DNA of 64,000 bases from positions 1,449 to 65,448 of the forward strand of contig CAXHDG010000002.1 of NCBI GenBank assembly GCA_964015495.1, read 5' to 3'. The position numbers were made by a program, and so were the translations under genes. Shown piece by piece: positions 1-7,100 of the stretch. Origin of the DNA: an uncultured Magnetococcales bacterium. Its GTDB lineage: Bacteria > Pseudomonadota > Alphaproteobacteria > UBA2136 > JAPKEQ01. The notes under the pieces were generated by a model. The model did no database searches. It was not told where the DNA came from and was given only the letters and a program-made list of their open reading frames with translations. The number at the start of each line of letters is the position of its first letter. The first letter of the stretch is position 1.

Positions 1-16
1 TAAACGATCAATAAGC

Positions 17-1540
17 ATGATTGCCCTTGTTGGGCTTTCTGCATGTGGCGCTGTCTCTGTTGAGCCTCATAAAATGGTAAGTGAAGCCACTCCGCGTGAC
101 CACAAATATGGTGGCGGTATTCTTGTGGCAGAGTCTCAAGTTATTGAATACACGCCGTCGCAAGCTTCATATAAAGATTGTGATAACACGCTTCCTTTGG
201 AAGTTGCGGTAGAGAGCACAACGTCCCGTTATGCTGAGCTGTATGAATCTGCAACAGAGCATTGCGGGCATGCTGAGGTTCTGTTTGATGGAAAGACTCC
301 TAAGGGGCAAAGAACAGCAGACCCTTCAATTCAAATCGCTTTTCAGGATTACAAAGGCGGGCCTCGCGATCAGAGTAAAAAAGAAAAGAATATTATTATT
401 GCGTTAGAGGGGGATGACCCTGTTCTACCAAGTGAGTTTACACTTAAGCCTGAAACGCAGGCAGCTAAGGTGCAAATTGCACGGCATGAGGCAGACAGCT
501 TTACAAAAACTGTAGAGTCTTGGCAGGAAAATCGTGAGCGGGCCCTTATTTTAAAAGAATCTGAAACATTGCTTGCAGGTGTGAGGGATATTGGCCGTAT
601 GAATGATACTGCTATTATTGCAGAGCATCAAAAAGAGATTCAACGCCTTCTTGCAAGAATGCGCGATCTTGAAAAAACAAAAGATATGAAACAGGCACGT
701 AATGAAGAAGCGCTTACTGCTTTAGATAAGACGCGCCTTCAAGCAGAGGGGCACCGCCGTCAACAAGAGCAAGAGCATAGCCATTTGCGTTCAAAGCTTG
801 AGGAGCAGGCGGCTAAAATTCTTGAACTTGAAAAGCGAAACCAATCATTAGATTACCAAATGGTTCGTAAGCAGGGCGTTTATGAACAGCAACTTGAGCG
901 CTTGAGCATGGACCTTAAGATTGCAGAAACTCTTGCAGAGAAGGGACGCCAAGAGCTTGTGCTTGAAGCTGCCTCTAAGATCGCGGAAGCGGAACGCCTT
1001 GCTTTTGCAGCAAAAATGCAGGAAAAAGCATCTATGGAGCGAGAGGCTGAACGCCTTCGTGATGAGGCAGATAGCTTGATGACAAGGGCTCATACGCTTT
1101 CAGGTGGCAGGCAGATTGTTATTCCAGGGCTTACCCCGCTTTCTAAGTCAGTATTTAACAGGGCTGAAACAAGAACTCTTTCTGGGACAACAGCGCTTAT
1201 TAATGAGTGGACGGATCTTCCGCTTACAGATAGGGACGGGCGCCTTCGCCTTGAAGATGTAGAACTTGCTATTTATGAGCAAGATAAGACAATCCCTGAA
1301 ATATTAGATAACGTTTTTGCTGCTATTAATATGAGAGCACCAGGTTGGCAGGCTCAGTTTGAGCTGCCTGACCATAAATTGTACATTTTAGAGGAGAAAT
1401 GGACAATTGCTGCAGAGTCTCGTCTTGATGAACTTCTTGGCTATATTGCAACACGCGTTGAAGCGGAGCATGGCCTTCAACTCTCTTTCCAGCAGTTTGA
1501 TGGGAGTCAGCTTCTACTTGTTGGAGCTTGGCAACAATAA
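17..1540 (+). CDS. Coiled-coil lipoprotein, function unknown. The CDS may extend upstream of the window: there is no in-frame stop before position 17, and the upstream in-frame codons read KRSIS directly before MIALVGLSAC.
   Basis: N-terminus MIALVGLSAC has a lipobox-like L-S-A-C. The central ~250 residues are rich in E/K/R/Q heptad-like repeats (coiled coil). It lies immediately upstream of the pilin gene. Confidence 0.45.
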   Translation: MIALVGLSACGAVSVEPHKMVSEATPRDHKYGGGILVAESQVIEYTPSQASYKDCDNTLPLEVAVESTTSRYAELYESATEHCGHAEVLFDGKTPKGQRTADPSIQIAFQDYKGGPRDQSKKEKNIIIALEGDDPVLPSEFTLKPETQAAKVQIARHEADSFTKTVESWQENRERALILKESETLLAGVRDIGRMNDTAIIAEHQKEIQRLLARMRDLEKTKDMKQARNEEALTALDKTRLQAEGHRRQQEQEHSHLRSKLEEQAAKILELEKRNQSLDYQMVRKQGVYEQQLERLSMDLKIAETLAEKGRQELVLEAASKIAEAERLAFAAKMQEKASMEREAERLRDEADSLMTRAHTLSGGRQIVIPGLTPLSKSVFNRAETRTLSGTTALINEWTDLPLTDRDGRLRLEDVELAIYEQDKTIPEILDNVFAAINMRAPGWQAQFELPDHKLYILEEKWTIAAESRLDELLGYIATRVEAEHGLQLSFQQFDGSQLLLVGAWQQ

Positions 1541-1619
1541 AATCTGTGGCGAAAATGCGTCACCTTCATTTAAAAGTACCTGTTTTTTAAATAAAAAAAA
1601 TAAAAAACACAATTCCCAC

Positions 1620-1648
1620 TTGATTTTTAGGTGAGCCACTCCAATACT
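1620..1648 (+). promoter_or_regulatory. Candidate sigma-70-type promoter for the pilin gene: TTGATT, 17-nt spacer, AATACT
   Basis: TTGATT at 1620-1625, a 17-nt spacer, then AATACT at 1643-1648, ~70 nt upstream of the pilin start codon. A GAGGA ribosome-binding site sits 8 nt before the ATG at 1716. Confidence 0.3.
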
Positions 1649-1715
1649 TTTACATGTAGGGAGAGCAAGGCCTTGAGGTTTGCGCTCGGTTTAGGTAAAA
1701 ACGAGGATATATAAA

Positions 1716-2075
1716 ATGATTTCTAAGAAAAACTTTTCAATGATGATGTTTGCAGGTTTTGCAGCAGTTCTATTTACGCTGATGCCTGAAATGGCAAATG
1801 CGGCAACAGGTGATGACGCTATGGGCGATATCGGTAACCTTATTACAGGTAACATTGGTACGCTTATTGGTCTCGGTATTGCACTGCTTGGCCTTTACAC
1901 ATGGCTTGTTCAGCAATCTAGCTGGGGTGTTATTATGATTATTGGCGGTGTTGCTGTGACAGCATTCCCAGGTCTGTTTAACTCTATGCAAGGTGGTTTT
2001 GCTGCACTGTTTGATGATACTGGTGCGACAGCTGATGGCGCGACTGACTTTACTGACGGCGCTGCTGGCTCTTAA
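1716..2075 (+). CDS. traA: Conjugative propilin (TraA/VirB2-like pilin subunit)
   Basis: 119 aa. Signal-like leader ending ...MANA/AT. Two hydrophobic segments (GTLIGLGIALLGLYTWLV and GVIMIIGGVAVTAFPGLF) separated by a short polar loop. Gly/Ala-rich acidic tail. First gene of a traL-traE-traK run, with a strong RBS. Confidence 0.6.
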   Translation: MISKKNFSMMMFAGFAAVLFTLMPEMANAATGDDAMGDIGNLITGNIGTLIGLGIALLGLYTWLVQQSSWGVIMIIGGVAVTAFPGLFNSMQGGFAALFDDTGATADGATDFTDGAAGS

Positions 2076-2092
2076 GTTTAAGCACTCTATAA

Positions 2093-2122
2093 AAGGCGGC
2101 ATATGCCGCCTTTTATTTTTGT
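2093..2122 (+). terminator. Rho-independent terminator or attenuator after the pilin gene
   Basis: GGCGGC-ATAT-GCCGCC hairpin (2095-2110) followed by TTTTATTTTTG. Confidence 0.6.
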
Positions 2123-2144
2123 CTTTTTGTGGTATATTTAAATT

Positions 2145-2414
2145 ATGACTTCAACAAGACCAGTGCCGCGTAATATTGATAAGCCAAACCGTATGGCAGA
2201 ATTTGTTGTCGCTTTTCTTTTAACGTACTATAGCCTTATGTTTTTATTCCATAAGCCTATTATTGCTTTTGGCGCAGGTGTTCTTGCCACATACATTATG
2301 TATAAATTTACAGCAAACAAGCCAGAAGGTATGGCCTTTCGTTGGTGGTACCGGTATTTTTCAATTGGTAAAATGGTTCCCAACCCTAAAAGAGCAAAAA
2401 AATTTGAAATTTAG
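2145..2414 (+). CDS. traL: F-type T4SS protein TraL
   Basis: 89-aa small membrane protein. N-terminal PRNIDKPNR resembles the TraL P-R-x-(I/L)-D-x-P-x-R motif. It has a central TM segment and C-terminal YKFTANKPEGMAFRWWY. It sits between the pilin gene and traE. Confidence 0.6.
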   Translation: MTSTRPVPRNIDKPNRMAEFVVAFLLTYYSLMFLFHKPIIAFGAGVLATYIMYKFTANKPEGMAFRWWYRYFSIGKMVPNPKRAKKFEI

Positions 2415-2469
2415 CCTGATATCGGCGAAACTGATTTTAATAATAAATAAAACTGGAAATCATTGATAC

Positions 2470-3108
2470 ATGGATTTTTTAGCCCGAGCTGGAAGCTCTT
2501 TGGAGAGAGCTCATAGATTAGCTGGTATTTTGCTGGGTGTTATCCTGGTATTGATTGCCATTCTCTTTTATTTTGTAAAAGCAAATTCTGAAATTAAGCT
2601 TGAATATCAACGCCTCAGAGATGAGCTTAAGGTTTATGTGGTGCCTGGTAGTATTTCTGGAATATATCAGCCAACGCAGCCTGATATGTTGCTGCGCGAA
2701 TTTTCATCTTTTGTTGTGCAAAGTTTAAGTACATATACATTTGCCAACCTTGAAATGCAGTATAAAGAGGCAAGAGGTTTTTTTGTTAAGGATTTGAGAA
2801 AGATCACAGACGGCAGTTTTAAATCTAAAATTCTTCAAGTGCGTAATGATGAACAAAGCTCCATTTTTATTGAGGATAGAGACTCCTTTAAAGTTGAAAC
2901 AGTTGGTGATAGCCGCAATTTGGACGATGTTGTTTATAAAGTGACCTTAAGGGGGCTTACGCAGTATATTATTGGTGGTACAGTTGTTGAGGCTGTACCC
3001 GTTCAAATTCAAATGAAGCTTTTGCCATCGTTTATTGGAAGAGACAATCCGTTTGGTTTTGTTTTAAAAGAATATAAAGCGCAAGAGATTAAGAATAAAA
3101 AATCGTGA
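2470..3108 (+). CDS. traE: F-type T4SS protein TraE (VirB8-like), copy 1
   Basis: 212 aa. N-terminal TM (ILLGVILVLIAILFYFV), a periplasmic domain, and a C-terminal NPFGFVL motif. In traL-traE-traK order. Confidence 0.6.
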   Translation: MDFLARAGSSLERAHRLAGILLGVILVLIAILFYFVKANSEIKLEYQRLRDELKVYVVPGSISGIYQPTQPDMLLREFSSFVVQSLSTYTFANLEMQYKEARGFFVKDLRKITDGSFKSKILQVRNDEQSSIFIEDRDSFKVETVGDSRNLDDVVYKVTLRGLTQYIIGGTVVEAVPVQIQMKLLPSFIGRDNPFGFVLKEYKAQEIKNKKS

Positions 3109-3734
3109 TAGCTCTTAAGTTTAGAGGAAAGAATTTTATACTTGGTGCCTTGACGCTTTCTGCTATTGCGCTTGGAACTTTCTCTGTTGTGCTTATTAAA
3201 CGTACTGAAGCTTTGCTTAAATCATTTGAAGATGTGCGCCGTGAAGGAAATGTTTATGTAAGTCCAGGCCCGTATGGTGGGATTTATCAGGTCAATGAGC
3301 GTTACCAGGATGTAAAATATTTTTCTAAATGGATCGTTCGTCAGCTTTATATGTATAGCGATGAGGGGTTAAGAAAGCAATATCTTCAGGTACAGCCTTT
3401 TTTGTCTCCAGAACTTCTTGTGACAGCTGATTATCATTATTTAAGCCTTATTCAAAGAGAGAATGGTGTTAATAGTCATGTTGCTATCAATCATTCTAAA
3501 ATTGAAGTGGATGAGGTTCCGGCCAAAGAAAGGCACAGACAGGGCGAAAAAGATTATTTTGTTATCATTTATGCTGATGTGCAAAAGGTGAGAAGCAAAG
3601 TTATGCAGCAACCCTCTTCTCTACAGATTACAATCCGTTTAAAACCTGTTACTATTACCAACAGTAATCCTTATGGGTTTATTATTTTGAATTATAAAGA
3701 ACAAAAACAAGCGAAAATGGAGTCCTCTACATGA
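3105..3734 (+). CDS. TraE paralog (second tandem copy)
   Basis: 209 aa, clearly paralogous to the preceding ORF: N-terminal TM, VYVSPGPYGGIYQ versus VYVVPGSISGIYQ, C-terminal NPYGFIILNYKEQ versus NPFGFVLKEYKAQ. Its start overlaps the stop of copy 1 by 4 nt. Confidence 0.55.
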   Translation: MIALKFRGKNFILGALTLSAIALGTFSVVLIKRTEALLKSFEDVRREGNVYVSPGPYGGIYQVNERYQDVKYFSKWIVRQLYMYSDEGLRKQYLQVQPFLSPELLVTADYHYLSLIQRENGVNSHVAINHSKIEVDEVPAKERHRQGEKDYFVIIYADVQKVRSKVMQQPSSLQITIRLKPVTITNSNPYGFIILNYKEQKQAKMESST

Positions 3735-4459
3735 TGCGTCTTATGCTAACTAAAACTTTGATTTTAAGTGCTTTTGTATTGGCATCTTTTTCGTCGTTTG
3801 CAGATGTAATAAAATGGTATGGCCCAACGCAAACAATGACGCTTGGTCTCTCTGATGTGGATATTTCACACGTAGAGTTCCCCGAAGAAATTACAAACAT
3901 CACAATTGAAAATAGTGATTATGTGGATGTTCTTGTTGTTGAGGGATACGCAAACAGAGCTTTTCGTATGCGCTCACTTTTGCCTAAAATGGCAACGCGT
4001 GCCTTTTTAACAGGTGGTAGCGGAAATACTTATATTGTTATTTTAACAACGGATGTGCCGTACCGTTCGTTTGTGCGCATTGAGGACGGTAACCGTTTGA
4101 ATGAAATTTCTCGTAAAGTTTCTAAAAAATTCAATACAACAGACTTGCTTCGTGCCATGTCTGAGGATAGTGAACTTCCTGGTGTAACGCGTGAAACGCA
4201 CGTGATTCCAAACTGGTTTAAGGGCGCAGGTCTTAGCTTTGAGCTGTCTGAGGTATGGCAAACGGCAACTCTTACTGGGCTTGTTGTTCATGTGAAAAAT
4301 GACTACCCTGTACCTAATGAAGTGAACTTGCCCGCGATCTCTCTTCCTAAGACAAGTGAGTGGGGAACTTTGCGTAAAGCAGCAATGGAAAATATGCGCC
4401 TTTCAGCAAAAGGAAAAGCCAATGACACAGGCATTCTTTATTTGATGTTTGCACGATAG
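3731..4459 (+). CDS. traK: F-type T4SS protein TraK (secretin/VirB9-like)
   Basis: 242 aa (F TraK is 242 aa). Cleavable signal peptide (LILSAFVLASFSSFA/DV). In the position that follows traE in F-like operons. 4-nt overlap with the upstream gene. Confidence 0.5.
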   Translation: MMRLMLTKTLILSAFVLASFSSFADVIKWYGPTQTMTLGLSDVDISHVEFPEEITNITIENSDYVDVLVVEGYANRAFRMRSLLPKMATRAFLTGGSGNTYIVILTTDVPYRSFVRIEDGNRLNEISRKVSKKFNTTDLLRAMSEDSELPGVTRETHVIPNWFKGAGLSFELSEVWQTATLTGLVVHVKNDYPVPNEVNLPAISLPKTSEWGTLRKAAMENMRLSAKGKANDTGILYLMFAR

Positions 4460-4505
4460 AAGAAAGTTGTGTATACCTTTTGTCTTGATTTAAGGACAAG
4501 GTGAA

Positions 4506-5243
4506 ATGAAATATATTCAAAAACCGATCATTTTCTTTCTGATTGCTTTAAGCATGATAGGGAAGAAAGCCGAAGCTTATGATAGTGCAGTTGCTTATCA
4601 GGCTTGGTATGTGCTCCATCAAATGGAAAAGCAGGCCGCGATTCCTAAGGGACTCCTTATGGCTATGAGTCTTGTAGAGACAGGCCAGGCAATGGAAGGC
4701 AGTATTCTTCCTTGGCCATATACCATTAATACGAATGGTAAAACTCTATATATGACAAGCAAAGATCTTCAGAAAAAATATCCGTATATGGAGCAAGCTG
4801 GTGTGCGATCTATTAGTGTTTCATGGAAAGATAGGTTAACGCATAAGTACTCTTTAAGTGAGTTTCGAGAGCGCATGAACGCGTTTCCTTCTGATACGCC
4901 ACTTAAGTTGAAAATTCATCCATTTAGTAAGCGTTATAAAACTAAAAATGAGGCAGCAAGTGTTGCGAGAAATTTGATTGCCCTAGGGCATACAAACTTT
5001 GATGCTGGCCTTTTGCAGGTCAACTGGATGTATCATGGTGAAAACTTTAATCAAGTAGATCATGTGTTCGACCCATCTAAAAATGTAAAATATGCTGTAA
5101 ATTACCTGAGAAAACACAAAAAAGATCGTGATTGGTGGCGTAGTGTTGGTAGATATCATTCTGGAACTGAAAAATACGCGAAGCGATATATTGAAAACGT
5201 GTGGGAAATGTACCAAAAGGTACATAGGCTACCGAGCGTTTAG
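4506..5243 (+). CDS. Lytic transglycosylase (SLT domain; VirB1/P19/Orf169-like T4SS cell-wall hydrolase)
   Basis: Signal peptide. LLMAMSLVETGQ looks like the catalytic Glu region. AGLLQVNW fits the SLT G-L-M-Q-(I/V) motif. It lies inside the T4SS operon. Confidence 0.6.
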   Translation: MKYIQKPIIFFLIALSMIGKKAEAYDSAVAYQAWYVLHQMEKQAAIPKGLLMAMSLVETGQAMEGSILPWPYTINTNGKTLYMTSKDLQKKYPYMEQAGVRSISVSWKDRLTHKYSLSEFRERMNAFPSDTPLKLKIHPFSKRYKTKNEAASVARNLIALGHTNFDAGLLQVNWMYHGENFNQVDHVFDPSKNVKYAVNYLRKHKKDRDWWRSVGRYHSGTEKYAKRYIENVWEMYQKVHRLPSV

Positions 5244-5251
5244 AGTTTTTT

Positions 5252-7000
5252 ATGCTGAACCTTTCAAAACAACAAGAGCAAGCAATACAGCACCAAGGGC
5301 ATAATCTTGTTCTGGGTTCTGCTGGTACTGGAAAAACGACTGTGCTCTGCAAAAGAGTCCAGCATCTTCTTGATCAGGGCATTGAAGCCCGCGACATTGC
5401 TGTCGTTCTTTTTACTTATAAAGCCTGTTCACATATTAAGCTTGCTCTTCAAGAGTGTTTTGGTGAGCGCGCAGAGCATGTTACCGTTGTCACACTCAGA
5501 GACTTGTGCCTTGAAACATTGAAAAATCTTGAGCTTGACGAGGCTATTGCTGATGGGCAAGACATGAGGCGTATTTTAAGATACGCAATGAAAGATATTG
5601 AATTTTCAGGCACAGTTAAAGAAGCTGAGCATATTATTCGCAAATTTTATGGTATGTCGCATGATCCTCAGGAAAATGAACGTCATGCTGATCTGTATTT
5701 TGCCTATAAAGGTTTCATGAAGCAGTATGACCTGATTGACCGTTTTGCTTTAATTCAGGAATCGTTAAGCCTTATTGAAAGTGGTGAAGCGATAAAGGTG
5801 CCTTATAAGCATATTTTAGTGCCTCATGCTCATGAGGCAACACCGGCGCAATTGCTCTGGCTATTTGCTCATAAAAATTCTGCAGAGCTTACGTTTTTTG
5901 CTGATGATAATCAGCAGCTATTTGCTCATGATGGCGCTGTTGGTGCAAATGTTATCAAAACAGTGACAGAAGAGCATGAATTTAAACTGTTCCGCCTTGA
6001 AACAAACTTTGTGCAAGAGCAAAACATTGGTCAGATGGCAGAAAACTTTGTAGCAGGTGCAAAGGGGTATGTTCACAAGAAGGTTCAGTTCTCTCGCACA
6101 GGAAAAGGGCAGTTTCAGGTGCGTCCGTATAAAACATATGCGGATGAGATTGCTGGACTTCTTAGTCTTGTGCATGAAACATTATCTGATGATAAGAAAA
6201 ATATAGCAATTTTGACGCGCCACGATAGAGAGGCGCAGCGCATAGAGCGTGTGTTAAAAGCTAAAGGTTATGGGGATATGCTTGCATCTAGAGCAACGCC
6301 TATTTGGGAATTTCCTGGTGCTATTATTGTGCTGGATATACTTGATCTATTGTTTGATCAGGCGAGTCCGCAACAACTTATGAATATTCTTACATCATTT
6401 GGCATTAGCCATTCTTTAGCCCAAATTTTATTTAGAGAAGGCATGGTTTCAGAAAAGTGGTTAGCTGAGGGGGCGCCTGTTCCTAAAGGATTAGACCTTC
6501 CTAAAAATGTTTTTTCTGAACTTCAAATGGTAAGGTCTAAGCTTACAAAGCCTTATGAAATTCTTAAAAACCAACAAGCACCTTCTAGAGATGTTTTTAA
6601 ATCTATTGTTTTTGATTTATTGCAAAACCTTGGGGAGGAACATGAGCGTGACGCGCTGATTGCAGCAGAATGTGTTTTAACATTTGAGGGAAGAGTGCGA
6701 GAGCTGCCTTCTGTTGCTAAGAAAATTTTTAGTGACTTCAGTAAATCAAAAAGGATTGTTGTTTCCCCTATTCATGTGAGCCAAGGGCTTTCCTTTGACG
6801 TTGTTATGATTCCTTTTGTATGCGCCGAACGTTTTCCATTTACAGGTTATACATCTTTAGGAAAAAATTTAAACCATGATCGCCGGCTTATGTATCAGGC
6901 CTTAACGCGCTCTAGGCAGCAAATTATTCTTTCTTGCCATGGGGAGGCTTCTCCTTTTGTTGATGAACTTAAGGCACTTTTTGCACAAATAAAGAGTTAA
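5252..7000 (+). CDS. Superfamily-1 DNA helicase (RecD/TraA/UvrD-like)
   Basis: Begins LSKQQEQAIQ... then Walker A GSAGTGKTTV. C-terminal PIHVSQGLSFDVVMIP resembles RecD motif V (TVHKSQGSEF), and YQALTRSRQQIIL resembles motif VI. No relaxase-like N-terminal domain. Confidence 0.55.
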   Translation: MLNLSKQQEQAIQHQGHNLVLGSAGTGKTTVLCKRVQHLLDQGIEARDIAVVLFTYKACSHIKLALQECFGERAEHVTVVTLRDLCLETLKNLELDEAIADGQDMRRILRYAMKDIEFSGTVKEAEHIIRKFYGMSHDPQENERHADLYFAYKGFMKQYDLIDRFALIQESLSLIESGEAIKVPYKHILVPHAHEATPAQLLWLFAHKNSAELTFFADDNQQLFAHDGAVGANVIKTVTEEHEFKLFRLETNFVQEQNIGQMAENFVAGAKGYVHKKVQFSRTGKGQFQVRPYKTYADEIAGLLSLVHETLSDDKKNIAILTRHDREAQRIERVLKAKGYGDMLASRATPIWEFPGAIIVLDILDLLFDQASPQQLMNILTSFGISHSLAQILFREGMVSEKWLAEGAPVPKGLDLPKNVFSELQMVRSKLTKPYEILKNQQAPSRDVFKSIVFDLLQNLGEEHERDALIAAECVLTFEGRVRELPSVAKKIFSDFSKSKRIVVSPIHVSQGLSFDVVMIPFVCAERFPFTGYTSLGKNLNHDRRLMYQALTRSRQQIILSCHGEASPFVDELKALFAQIKS

Positions 7001-7100
7001 GTTGCAAATTTCTGACACATCTACGCCTTTTAACGCTGCGCTGTTCAGTTTTTGTTTGGAAGGTTTCCATAATTCAGTACTCTTGTAAGGTGCAGAAAAA

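Noticed and set aside
848-1093. Antisense and alternative-frame short ORFs inside long genes (e.g. 848..1093, 7230..7757, 14818..15183, 16309..16652, 31876..32753, 38504..39199, 39341..39823, 51434..51916, 61544..62065 and many others in the track)
   Set aside because: They lie wholly within long ORFs that have clear domain signatures on the other strand or frame. They have no RBS context and an unusual composition (Cys/Arg/His-rich). They are treated as frame shadows.
1407-1634. 75-aa ORF spanning the 3' end of the first gene into the pilin promoter region
   Set aside because: It overlaps the well-supported 17..1540 ORF out of frame and runs through the AT-rich promoter region. No RBS.
2263-2466. 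67-aa ORF overlapping traL
   Set aside because: Alternative frame of the traL ORF and the traL-traE spacer. No support.
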